From an uncultured Bacteroidaceae bacterium (GTDB lineage: Bacteria; Bacteroidota; Bacteroidia; Bacteroidales; Bacteroidaceae), in NCBI GenBank assembly GCA_905236065.1, contig CAJONZ010000065.1:12285-76284 (forward strand): a DNA stretch of 64,000 nucleotides, in the 5' to 3' direction. This document shows positions 42,201 through 51,051 of the stretch, one piece after another (the first letter of the stretch is position 1; each line of letters starts with the position of its first letter). A program made the translations under genes and the position numbers. The notes under the pieces were generated by a model. It saw nothing but the letters and a program-made list of their open reading frames with translations. It was not told the origin of the DNA and did not search any database.

Positions 42201-43630
42201 GCATTAGCGTAACAATCCATTTCAGCGTAAGTCAGTTGACTGTCCTTATCCACGACGGCAGGGGTATCGGGAGTCCGTTGCACCTGTTCTGTAAAGAGGT
42301 TGGCGAAAGTCTTGCTCAGATCCACGTCAATATCCTTACCCTTACCTATATGATTGATAAGATGTGCCGCTTCGTTGTCACTGACGATACTGATACTATC
42401 AATAGCATCGTCAGCATGTGCCATCATCTGCTCCATCGTGGCCTTCATTGCATCGGCCATCATGCGCATGGTTTTTCGGCTGTTCATGGCCAGGCTCGAT
42501 TCCATGCGGATGTCATAATTATCGCCCACTATGAATCTATGAGCCAGCATGTCGTAGAATACGTCGCCACGATCCTGCTGCACGAACTTACAGTGCGTAT
42601 CACCAAAGTGGTATTCCTCTTCCCAGCCGGGCAGAGCCGTAAAATTAAACGAGATTCCAGGCTGCACACCTAAGTCACGGCAGAAGTGAGAGAAGGGATA
42701 GGCCAATTGCGACAACGTGGCCTTCATTTCTGTATGGACTATAGCGATATACTCGCGCACGCTCTGCTCCTTCCGAATCTCCATCATAAAAGGAATCGTA
42801 CGCACGAACATGCCGTAAGCCTGCTTCACACGCGGATCACGACGACCATGAAAGATGGTCGTGTAGGCCACCTTCTCCTCGCGCAATAGTCGGGCAAGCA
42901 CATAGCTAAACGCTGCCTGGAATATCTGATACGGAGCAAAGCCATTTTCCTTGCACCAGTCATCCACCATTACCCGGTTGATGTAAGCAGACTCCTGCCC
43001 CATCTCGCCCACAGGATTCTCGGGCCGTACCGACAGCGTCGCCAAATCTACTCCCGCATATTTCTCTTGCATCACCGCCTTCGCCTGCTCATATTCCTTA
43101 TTGCCTAAGCAAGCAGACTCATCCTCGGCAGCCTCCAGCATTCCGTATTCCTGTACGGGAAGCGGTTTACCCTCGTATGCCAATGGCAGGTCTCGCTGTG
43201 GGAACAAGGTCAAGTAGCTTGTCCCATCGGTGACCATGTGATGAATATCGACCAACAGGTAACGCTTTTCAGGGGTGGTCACGAGCTCCACACGTATCAA
43301 CGGCTCGTCGCCCATGATATCGAATGGTCTGCAAAAGGCATGGTGGGCATAGTCTTGGAAGTCTGTCTCTGTCATCTCACGACGAACGATGGTAAGACGC
43401 TTTGTCTCATCCACATACTGCCGTGGTTCACCTTTTTCATCGATAAGGAAGCGCAAACTCAGTTCCTTGCGGGCGGCAAAAACGGTCTGCAAAGCAGCGT
43501 CCAAGCGGTTGAGGTCTATCTCGTCGTTCAATGGTACGATGCAGGGGACATTGTACTGCATGACGTGAGGAAACTTCAGACAATCGTAAAATACGCCAAG
43601 CTGAGATTGAAGCAAAGGAAAAGTAACCAT
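39281..43630 (-). CDS. Nonribosomal peptide synthetase, single module C-A-T-R
   Basis: 1449 aa.
- C domain: about nt 42326..43630, HHMVTDG at 43223..43243.
- A domain: about nt 40811..42310 (YTSGSTGKPKG, NVYGPTE, YHTGDL, GRIDTQVKLRGFRIELGEIE, NGKINRK).
- T domain: about nt 40565..40774, GGTS Ser codon at 40673..40675.
- R domain: about nt 39284..40384, TGATGYLG at 40343..40366 and YVYSK.
Motif coordinates were verified by back-translation. Confidence 0.9.
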   Translation of the reverse strand: MVTFPLLQSQLGVFYDCLKFPHVMQYNVPCIVPLNDEIDLNRLDAALQTVFAARKELSLRFLIDEKGEPRQYVDETKRLTIVRREMTETDFQDYAHHAFCRPFDIMGDEPLIRVELVTTPEKRYLLVDIHHMVTDGTSYLTLFPQRDLPLAYEGKPLPVQEYGMLEAAEDESACLGNKEYEQAKAVMQEKYAGVDLATLSVRPENPVGEMGQESAYINRVMVDDWCKENGFAPYQIFQAAFSYVLARLLREEKVAYTTIFHGRRDPRVKQAYGMFVRTIPFMMEIRKEQSVREYIAIVHTEMKATLSQLAYPFSHFCRDLGVQPGISFNFTALPGWEEEYHFGDTHCKFVQQDRGDVFYDMLAHRFIVGDNYDIRMESSLAMNSRKTMRMMADAMKATMEQMMAHADDAIDSISIVSDNEAAHLINHIGKGKDIDVDLSKTFANLFTEQVQRTPDTPAVVDKDSQLTYAEMDCYANALAHRLIDFGVKPDDFVCVMLDRTKEFPLSVLAIHKAGAAYTPLDFEYPNERLSYMLENSESKVLITTHEVLEAKKAEGNFDTALAKTFFIDDFMAEGTVSDGSSSDVPIDLSKPDGLAYMIYTSGSTGKPKGAMLHQAGLRNFIAVVIDMEHLTSEDRISGHRSFSFDAHIEDMYPVLTLGGSFHIMPTEIRKDLNAIRQFLIEHRITGGGYSTAMTCLLLNTFDDLPIRFITGGGEKMDGVFSDRIEIINVYGPTECTDDTSYYRIAPGCRVENIPIGQSVANNWNFIVDTAGHLVPQGVAGELCFAGVQVGWGYWRLPERTAKSFVDCPFVEADRWGRPVQMYHTGDLCRWNDDGQIEYLGRIDTQVKLRGFRIELGEIESKALNIDGIRQAAAEVRKVMGNEHLVLYYTVADGFSLSEDSIRAALSASSLAEFMVPDAYMCLETMPMTPNGKINRKALPVPELKRATEYVAPEGETEQLFANIFAEVLGIEQVGALDDFFEIGGTSLNAIKVIVEAGKHGVQIVFNDLFNQKTPRSLAVFLAKEKLQPQSVSLSQKDRVQGKGAAAVLPAANDGTVVSLPCGVREVLAANTLDAFRNGERQPIGDVLLTGATGYLGMHILNELLLHYECRILCPIRAKSDEKTFSRLKSLYFYYFGKTEAFRHFDNRVQVFAAEVIKPEAFDSLNNQLTVVNCVANVKHFSAGNDIEMVNIESVRHLITFCLRTGSRLIHISTTSIAGLSVDGFPGPDVKLTEQDLWLGQNIDENKYVYSKYKAEELVLDAIANQGLNAKIMRVGNLSARQKDGEFQINFNTNNFLALLRAYVIIGMVPYEALSQVFEFSPVDEVAHAIMLLATTPRECTVFHPYNVHRQYMADILTGFAIAGIKLPRVEKEDFQKALEQMMSNPDLVTLLRPLMAYNLSNSHDMRWIESDNDYTTQVLYRFGFQWPPTAFDYVRRFVHTIVGFDYFTV

Positions 43631-43651
43631 AAGCGAATCATTATTGCAATA

Positions 43652-46600
43652 TTATTCAAAGAAACCAAATCCACCAATCGCTTTCAGCATACGCTCCACA
43701 TAGTCCCAAGAGGTGGGTGAAAATGCAAAGCCAAGGCGATAAAGCACCTGCGTGGTATAGTCATTATCCCTATCCACATCGGTTGTCTTCTGTCCGTGAG
43801 CCATATCCTGATAGGCTAAAAGCGAAGCCAACTGGCGTGCTTTCTGCGGATTGTCCTTAGCGGCTTCCATCGCTTGGGCAAATTCTTCCTGTTCTACGAA
43901 CTGAATGCCATTACCCACAGTGGAAAGCCCCATGAGCACATCGCCTAGGAACTGGCTGTGAATGTTGTAGGGATGGAAGACCGTGCAGTTGGATGGCGTG
44001 GTGGCCAAAAGCACGATGGAATGGCTCACCTCATTGATGGGCGAGAACTCCACCCGCTTGTTGCGCATTGCGTATGGGCAACAACCCAGCATGTTGTAAA
44101 CCCGGATGCGCCCCATGAATGAATTGGTAGAGAAGTTGGCCTGGAACTCACCGTCGGAGGAACGGGCTGCAAGATTGCCCACACGCATAATCTTGGCTTT
44201 CAGTCCGTGATTGATAATCGCATCAAGGATGAGTCGCTCGGCCATGAACTTTGAGTAAATGTACTTGTTTCCAAGATATTGCCCCATGTATAGCCGCTGT
44301 TCGGTGAAGACTGGAGATTGGAGAGTGGCTGCACATGAATTCATCTTCGATTTTCCATCTTCAATCCACAGGCCGCGCGTACTGGCCGTAGAGATATGGA
44401 CAAGCGTGGCACCTGTCTTGATACAGAAATCCACACAGCGCTGTGCGCCGCCAATGTTCACATCCTCTATCTCCGTACCCTCAGAAAAGTGCTTGACAAT
44501 CGCAGCACAATTAAAGACCGTGGATAACGGATAGTCGATATCTGCCAACTTCTCCGTCAGGTCTTCGGTCACGTCACCAAGGATGACGTGGATGCGAGTA
44601 CCAAAAAGGGACTTGAAGGAGTCGGCAAAGTAGTAGAAGAGGAGGGTGCGCAGACGGCTCTCGGCCTTTTCCTTTGTCTTGCCACGCACCAGACAGTAGA
44701 TATGCTCTGCATCGGAATTGATCAATTCGTGCAGAATGTGAATACCCAGATATCCCGTGGCACCCGTCAGGAGCACATTACCTAACTTGCGGAGCTCACC
44801 TTTACGGAAGTTGTCGAGCGTATTCTGTTGGAGAAGGTCGTTAATGGCAGTATAGTCGAAGTCCTTCTCCGAAGGAACTGCGGACGTGGAAGACTCAGAG
44901 GGTACAGACTCGCCAGTGATGAGTTGGGCAAGCTGACGTGGAGTCGGATTGGCAAAGACATCGCCGTAGGCCACATGCAGTCCGGCTTTGTCGGCTTCAA
45001 TGATGACACGGGTTACGACCAACGAGGTACCACCCAACTCAAAGAAGTTGTCGGTAGCCCCTACCCTTTCCATCTGCAAGATGTCGGCAAAGATGTCACA
45101 GAAAGCCCGTTCGGTATCATTGCCCGGAGCCACGTATGCCGATGTGACGGCCAATTGCGGTTCGGGCAAAGCCTTCACGTCTGTCTTGCCGTTGGGGGTC
45201 ATAGGCATTTCCTTCAATTGCAAATAAGCCGTTGGCACCATGTACTGTGTCAGACTCTTGGAGATTTCAGCCTTCAATGCGTCCGGCGCAATCTCACGGT
45301 CGGCTGTGTAATAGGCACAGAGATGTTCCTTACCACCCAGTTTGCGGATGAGAATCACCACTTTCTTCATGCCTTCCACCTTCAGCATCACATTCTCTAT
45401 TTCACCCAATTCGATACGCAGGCCACGAAGTTTAATCTGATGGTCGGTACGTCCGAGTATCATGACATCTCCATCTGGCAACCACTTCGCATAGTCGCCT
45501 GACTTATAGACACGCACACCATGATAATCCACAAAGCGTTCACGGGTCATCTGGTCAAGATTATTGTAGCCACGAGCCACGCCACGGCCACCAATGTACA
45601 ATTCACCTACCACTCCTGCAGGCAACTCGTTGCCGTCGCTGTCAACCACAAACTCCTTCACGTTGAGCTGGGGCTTGCCCACAGTAACCAACTTCGCATG
45701 GGTCAGTTCCTTGTTGTTCGAGGCCACGGTAATCTCCGTCGGACCATAGCAATTGAAGATGCGGGCCTGGGTGACACTGCGCATTTTTTCCAACAGGCTT
45801 TCGCTGAACTTCTCACCACCAGCACGACATATCTTGACCTGGGAGATGGCATTGCAGAAGTCATCACTGGTGAGCCACGTCTGCCAACGGGAAGGCGTAC
45901 CCGACACCATGTTGATATGCTGTTCTTGAATGAGATGGGCCAGGTCAATCGGGTTGTTGGCTTGTTCCTCTGTAGCTACGATGAGCGTCTTGCCATTAAA
46001 ATAGGCCATACCAATGTCCTGCAAAGCTGCATCAAACGAAATGGTGGTTACGCTGAGTATGCGGTCGGCATCGGTCAGCACCCCATGGGCAAAAACGTTG
46101 GCCGGATGCCCATAGAGATAGTTGCAAATACCTTCGTGACGCAACATCACACCTTTCGGACGTCCTGTGGAGCCACTGGTATAGATTAAGTATGCGAGGT
46201 CATCGGGGGTCAGGTTCACAGAGGGTTCTGAGGACGTAGAAGAAGAAGCCAGGAGGTCTTCGACGTTGAGTACTTTCTCAGCATCGAAACCAGTGGCCTT
46301 CTCCGAGTTCTCTGTAGTGATAATATAACGTGCCTCGCTATCCTCCAAGATGAGTTTGACACGGTCTGCCGGGTATTCCGGGTCACAAGGAATATAGGCA
46401 GCCCCCGCCTTCAGCACACCGAAGAGTGCCAGGATGAGGCGGCTAGTACGCGGCAGGAGCAGGGCCACCCGGTCGCACTCCTTCACACCACGCTGATGCA
46501 GGGCGGCAGCGATGCGGTCGGTCAGTTCATCCATTTCCTGATAGGTGTATCGACCATCAATGGCCACAAGTGCCTCATGATTGGGCTGTATCTTGGCAAA

Positions 46601-49600
46601 ATGGCCGATACATTCATGGAAGAACTTGAAAGGTGCCTCACCCGTGGCCGTCTGGCGCAGGCGAGACAATTCCTCTTCCTGCTGCTTGCTTACGATAGAA
46701 AGCTGACGCACCTTGCCCTCCGGCTGTGCCATCATCCGATGGGCCACAGCCACAATACTCTCGGCCAGCGATTGTGCCAACCGTTTCGAGTACAGGGCAT
46801 CGTCGTATTGTACGACTACTCCACAAGACTCTATCTTAATGTTAATCTTGAACTTCGGTACGTTTAGTTCCAGTAATTCTTGACCTATAGGTTTCCCACC
46901 TACGGTATATTCCGACAGGACACCCACCTGATAAGCGTATGCGATGGCAGGACGGAAACCATAGTCGGAGGCAATGCGTGCAAAGGGATAGTCCTCGTGG
47001 CGCAGGGTCTCATCAAAAGTTTCACTGGTCTTCTGCAAGAACGCCCCAACCGTCACGTCCTCTACATTCAGGCCCAGGGCCAGTGTATTGACGAACATGC
47101 CCACCGTATCGGCTATCTTCAGGTTCGAGCGCCCACTGCTGACGGTGCAAAGATACACCTCGCGGTTGTTGACATAACGCGACACCACGTAGGCTGTGGC
47201 GGCAAGGAACAAGTGGGCAGGCGTTATCTCATGCTGACGGCAGAAAGCCGTAGCCTGTTCATAGTCGGGCAGACAGACTGCCTCGCCAATAAATCCCTGT
47301 TGCTCGCTTTTGGGAAGGTCTGCAGGAATCTCGCTGGCTCCTTCACACGTTTGCAACATTTCGGCAAAGAACTGCTGCGAGGCACGGAATGCTTCCCCTT
47401 CTTCAGCCCGCCGCTGGTCGGTCACGAAATCGAGGTAAGTATAGCTTTCTTTCTCCAGGGAACGGCCTTCCAGCAAATCACCAATCTGACGAATGAGCAA
47501 GTCGGCAGAACCACCGTCGAAAACCAGATGATGAACATCCATCAGCAAATGTACGCTGCACTCTGTCTTTACGACTTCAAAGCGGTAAAGTGGTGGTTGA
47601 TGCAAATTGAAGGGACGCACAAACTCGTTCTTGTAGGAGGACAATTCCTCATCCTTCATCTCCGTAACAGGTACCTCCACAGCCGTGTCGAGGGCCACCT
47701 TCTGCACGATGCCGTCGCCCTGTGTCGTGAAATACACACGCAACTCAGGATGAGCCTCCACTACACGTTTCACGGCATCAACCAGCTTGCTGGCATCCGT
47801 ACCGTCTGGATAGGACAAGAGATAAGGAATATTGTATATCGTAGAGGTAGGATTCTTCAAGCAGTCGAAATACACTCCCGTCTGAGCGTAGGAAAGCGGC
47901 GCCTCCTCTACGCTGTCCGAAGAGTCTTGACGGCTTTGTTCTTTCTTTTCCTTGATAGAGCCAAAGGAACCATCCATCATCTTTTTCAGAATTTCGTTTT
48001 CGATGCTTTGCAACGTTCCCGTCTTTACAAACGTCTTTGAATCCAGCGCCACGCCATAGCGCTTATTCACCTGCACAGCTAACTTAATGGCAGAGATGGA
48101 GGTAAGTCCGACGTAGCCCAGGACGGTCGTAATGCCGAAATCCGTGTTGCCGACAATGGCGGCGACCATGTCCTTCAGTTCCTGCTCCAACACATTCAGC
48201 GGGGCGGCAAATTCTTCACGATTCTCTCTCCCCTTCTCACTTCTTACAGGCTTCGGCAGTGCCCGCTTATTTACCTTTTGGTTCTGGTTCAGGGGGATGG
48301 CCTCAATCTGCATGGTCACGGCAGGCACCATGTAGGGCGGTTTCCTGTCAAGAATAAATTGATTGAGTTCTTCGACGTCTATCTGCTTGTCGCTGACGAT
48401 ATAGGCAGCGATGAACTTTCCGCCATTCTCCTCATCAAATGCCTGCACCGTGGCATCCTTGATGTCCGGGAACTCACGGATGACACTCTCCACTTCCTTC
48501 AGTTCGATGCGGAAGCCACGAATCTTCACCTGTCCGTCACGACGACCCACAAACTGGATGTTCCCGTCGGGCAGATAGCGCACGATGTCACCAGAACGAT
48601 AGACACGACGGTATTTTTCATTCTCCGTAAACGGATTGGTGATATACACCTCTGCCGTCTTCTCTGGACGGTTCAGATAGCCACGGCTCACCTGCGGGCC
48701 ACTAATCCAAAGTTCACCTGCTGCACCCACGGGCTGACGATGGCCCTGCGGGTCAACCACATACAGACGCATGTTGTCAAGCGGCTTGCCAATAGGAATT
48801 TCTTTCATCTTCTCCTTGACGAGGTAGGTCGTCGTAAAGATGGTACACTCCGTCGGGCCATAGCCATTGTAGAAGTTGTATTCCTTGGGAGGTGTCAGCG
48901 AAGCCAGCTTCTCACCGCCCGTGGAGAGGTGCAACAGCGAATGGTTCTCAATGCCAGTGGCAAACTGGTAAGCCACCTGCGTCGTCATGAACGAATGAGT
49001 AATACCGTTTTGCTCAAAATAATCGTTCAGAGCCACCAAGTCGAGGCGCAACTCCTCGGGAACGATGTAAAGCGTGGCACCAGACGTAAGGGCAGGATAC
49101 ATGTCCATCATACAGGCATCAAAGCCATAGCTGGCGTATGCAGCGACCCGATGCTCAGGTCTCAGGTCATAGCGACGCTGATACCAGTGGCAGAAAGCCA
49201 CCAGGTTTCCATGCGTCAGCTGACAGCCCTTCGGCACCCCTGTCGAACCAGAAGTGTAGAGAAGGATGAAAAGATTCTCCGGCTTCGGTTCCGTAGGTTG
49301 CTGTGCCACGGCAACACAACCTTCAATATCCTTCGTCAGCAAGACCTCCCCCTTGTACTCATCCACGATGGGGCGCAGTTCTTCATCCGCAATCAACAGT
49401 TTTGCTCCTGCATCCTGCATCATAAAGTTCAGGCGCTCTTTCGGATAGGTAGGGTCAAGCGGTTGGTAGGCACAACCGGCCTTGAGCACTCCGAGCGACG
49501 CAATGGCCATCCACTCACAGCGGGGAATAAGTACCGAAACTACGTCTTCGGCTCCAAGCCCCTTACCGGCAATGTAGCTTGCGATGCGGTCACTAAGGTC

Positions 49601-50992
49601 GTCCACGTCGGCGTATGTATAATGCCTATCCTTATAGACCACGGCTACGTTCTGAGCTGTAGCCTTGGCTTGGCGGCGGAACAACGAAACGATGGTCTGT
49701 GTATCGTCGTAAGGAACATCCGTCTGGTTAAACGCATCGAGTTTCTCCACCTGCGACGCCGTGGAAAGCTCCACATCACGCAAATATTCCTGGGTGAGGA
49801 AATCGTTCAGCACGGCCTCGTAACTCTCCAGGAACTGTTCAATCAGGTGTTGGGAATACTCATTGCTGTTGTATTCTGCCTTTACATGATATTTGCCACC
49901 CAAGATGAAAGTTTTGATATAAAGCGAGGCGGCCAGCGTACTGTTACAAAGGCGCACGGTCTTCATCGGTTTTCCGCACAGTTGTTCCTGGGAAAACAGA
50001 ATGCCGTGCCAAGCAAACATGGAATTGCTTTGCAGGCCAAGGTCGTTGACGACATCGCTGAAAGAATATACTTCATGTTTCCGGCAACCGCTCATCTGCT
50101 CTTGCCCCGCCTTCAGAAAGTCAATCACTTTCGTGTCACTATCGAACTTGGCATAGACGGGCAGCGTCTTCACGGTCATTCCGACGGAATGGAGGAAACG
50201 CTTGTCTGAACGTCCATTGTAAACCGTCGTGAAAAGCGACTCCTGCTCGTTATTGTATTTTGCAAGCAGATAGGCGTATGCCATTGTGAAGAAATTGCTC
50301 TTGAAAACGCCTTTCTCCTTGCAAAACGCTTCCACCTGCTCCATTGCGACATGCAACGTGCGTAGCATACTGTCCTCCGCGTGTTCTTCAATCTCCAAGT
50401 CGGGCATCAGTTGTGTGAACGTATCGCCACAGTCAAAGTTCTGGGCATACCATGCCTTGCCCTCGTCGAAAGCCTCCGTCTTGCGCAGTTCTGCCTCTGT
50501 CAGGGCTACCTCAGCCATCGTAAGGGACTCTGGGGAAAGAGTCTCACCACGATAAGCGGCATCCACGTCAGCCAGTATCACTTTCAGCGTCGTACCGTCA
50601 GCAATGATGTGGTGGGGATCCAGAAAGAAATAGAAATGTTCCTTGTCACGCAGCAGACGAATATGAAACAGGCGGTCGCCATAGATATTGAAAGGGACTA
50701 TCAGCTGCTGTTTCACTTTCTCTATGTCGTCTATCTCCTCCACTGCCAATGTAAACGTCTCGGTGTCGTCAATCGTCTGCATGGGTTCACCCTCGTCGTT
50801 CAGTTCAATTCTCGTAAACAACGTGGGATGAGCCTGAACGGCAGTTTCAATAGCCATTCGCAGCCGTTCCGCATCAAGACTTCCGTCCAATATATATAAA
50901 TAAGGTACATTATAACAAGGTTCCCCTGCATGTGCTACACACTCTACATAGAGACCATATTGCGATTTTGATAAAGGTGTTGCCGTCTTCAT
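43652..50992 (-). CDS. Nonribosomal peptide synthetase, two modules C-A-T-C-A-T-R
   Basis: 2446 aa.
- C1: about nt 49703..50992, HHIIADG at 50594..50614.
- A1: about nt 48248..49687 (YTSGSTGVPKG, NGYGPTE).
- T1: about nt 47978..48190, atypical GLTSIS with Ser codon at 48098..48100.
- C2: about nt 46628..47905, HHLVFDG at 47513..47533.
- A2: about nt 45158..46621 (YTSGSTGRPKG, NCYGPTE, NGKTDVK).
- T2: about nt 44909..45121, GGTS Ser codon at 45023..45025.
- R: nt 43655..44785, TGATGYLG at 44744..44767 and YIYSK. Confidence 0.9.
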   Translation of the reverse strand: MKTATPLSKSQYGLYVECVAHAGEPCYNVPYLYILDGSLDAERLRMAIETAVQAHPTLFTRIELNDEGEPMQTIDDTETFTLAVEEIDDIEKVKQQLIVPFNIYGDRLFHIRLLRDKEHFYFFLDPHHIIADGTTLKVILADVDAAYRGETLSPESLTMAEVALTEAELRKTEAFDEGKAWYAQNFDCGDTFTQLMPDLEIEEHAEDSMLRTLHVAMEQVEAFCKEKGVFKSNFFTMAYAYLLAKYNNEQESLFTTVYNGRSDKRFLHSVGMTVKTLPVYAKFDSDTKVIDFLKAGQEQMSGCRKHEVYSFSDVVNDLGLQSNSMFAWHGILFSQEQLCGKPMKTVRLCNSTLAASLYIKTFILGGKYHVKAEYNSNEYSQHLIEQFLESYEAVLNDFLTQEYLRDVELSTASQVEKLDAFNQTDVPYDDTQTIVSLFRRQAKATAQNVAVVYKDRHYTYADVDDLSDRIASYIAGKGLGAEDVVSVLIPRCEWMAIASLGVLKAGCAYQPLDPTYPKERLNFMMQDAGAKLLIADEELRPIVDEYKGEVLLTKDIEGCVAVAQQPTEPKPENLFILLYTSGSTGVPKGCQLTHGNLVAFCHWYQRRYDLRPEHRVAAYASYGFDACMMDMYPALTSGATLYIVPEELRLDLVALNDYFEQNGITHSFMTTQVAYQFATGIENHSLLHLSTGGEKLASLTPPKEYNFYNGYGPTECTIFTTTYLVKEKMKEIPIGKPLDNMRLYVVDPQGHRQPVGAAGELWISGPQVSRGYLNRPEKTAEVYITNPFTENEKYRRVYRSGDIVRYLPDGNIQFVGRRDGQVKIRGFRIELKEVESVIREFPDIKDATVQAFDEENGGKFIAAYIVSDKQIDVEELNQFILDRKPPYMVPAVTMQIEAIPLNQNQKVNKRALPKPVRSEKGRENREEFAAPLNVLEQELKDMVAAIVGNTDFGITTVLGYVGLTSISAIKLAVQVNKRYGVALDSKTFVKTGTLQSIENEILKKMMDGSFGSIKEKKEQSRQDSSDSVEEAPLSYAQTGVYFDCLKNPTSTIYNIPYLLSYPDGTDASKLVDAVKRVVEAHPELRVYFTTQGDGIVQKVALDTAVEVPVTEMKDEELSSYKNEFVRPFNLHQPPLYRFEVVKTECSVHLLMDVHHLVFDGGSADLLIRQIGDLLEGRSLEKESYTYLDFVTDQRRAEEGEAFRASQQFFAEMLQTCEGASEIPADLPKSEQQGFIGEAVCLPDYEQATAFCRQHEITPAHLFLAATAYVVSRYVNNREVYLCTVSSGRSNLKIADTVGMFVNTLALGLNVEDVTVGAFLQKTSETFDETLRHEDYPFARIASDYGFRPAIAYAYQVGVLSEYTVGGKPIGQELLELNVPKFKINIKIESCGVVVQYDDALYSKRLAQSLAESIVAVAHRMMAQPEGKVRQLSIVSKQQEEELSRLRQTATGEAPFKFFHECIGHFAKIQPNHEALVAIDGRYTYQEMDELTDRIAAALHQRGVKECDRVALLLPRTSRLILALFGVLKAGAAYIPCDPEYPADRVKLILEDSEARYIITTENSEKATGFDAEKVLNVEDLLASSSTSSEPSVNLTPDDLAYLIYTSGSTGRPKGVMLRHEGICNYLYGHPANVFAHGVLTDADRILSVTTISFDAALQDIGMAYFNGKTLIVATEEQANNPIDLAHLIQEQHINMVSGTPSRWQTWLTSDDFCNAISQVKICRAGGEKFSESLLEKMRSVTQARIFNCYGPTEITVASNNKELTHAKLVTVGKPQLNVKEFVVDSDGNELPAGVVGELYIGGRGVARGYNNLDQMTRERFVDYHGVRVYKSGDYAKWLPDGDVMILGRTDHQIKLRGLRIELGEIENVMLKVEGMKKVVILIRKLGGKEHLCAYYTADREIAPDALKAEISKSLTQYMVPTAYLQLKEMPMTPNGKTDVKALPEPQLAVTSAYVAPGNDTERAFCDIFADILQMERVGATDNFFELGGTSLVVTRVIIEADKAGLHVAYGDVFANPTPRQLAQLITGESVPSESSTSAVPSEKDFDYTAINDLLQQNTLDNFRKGELRKLGNVLLTGATGYLGIHILHELINSDAEHIYCLVRGKTKEKAESRLRTLLFYYFADSFKSLFGTRIHVILGDVTEDLTEKLADIDYPLSTVFNCAAIVKHFSEGTEIEDVNIGGAQRCVDFCIKTGATLVHISTASTRGLWIEDGKSKMNSCAATLQSPVFTEQRLYMGQYLGNKYIYSKFMAERLILDAIINHGLKAKIMRVGNLAARSSDGEFQANFSTNSFMGRIRVYNMLGCCPYAMRNKRVEFSPINEVSHSIVLLATTPSNCTVFHPYNIHSQFLGDVLMGLSTVGNGIQFVEQEEFAQAMEAAKDNPQKARQLASLLAYQDMAHGQKTTDVDRDNDYTTQVLYRLGFAFSPTSWDYVERMLKAIGGFGFFE

Positions 50993-51051
50993 GGTTTTTC
51001 CGATTTTATGATTTTGCGTTTATAGGTTCAAATTATAAATGATACCTGTTT

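Noticed and set aside
44259-50899. Many plus-strand ORFs inside the NRPS genes (for example 46880..48040 and 48278..50209)
   Set aside because: They are antisense to uninterrupted 1449-aa and 2446-aa frames that contain every NRPS core motif in the correct order.
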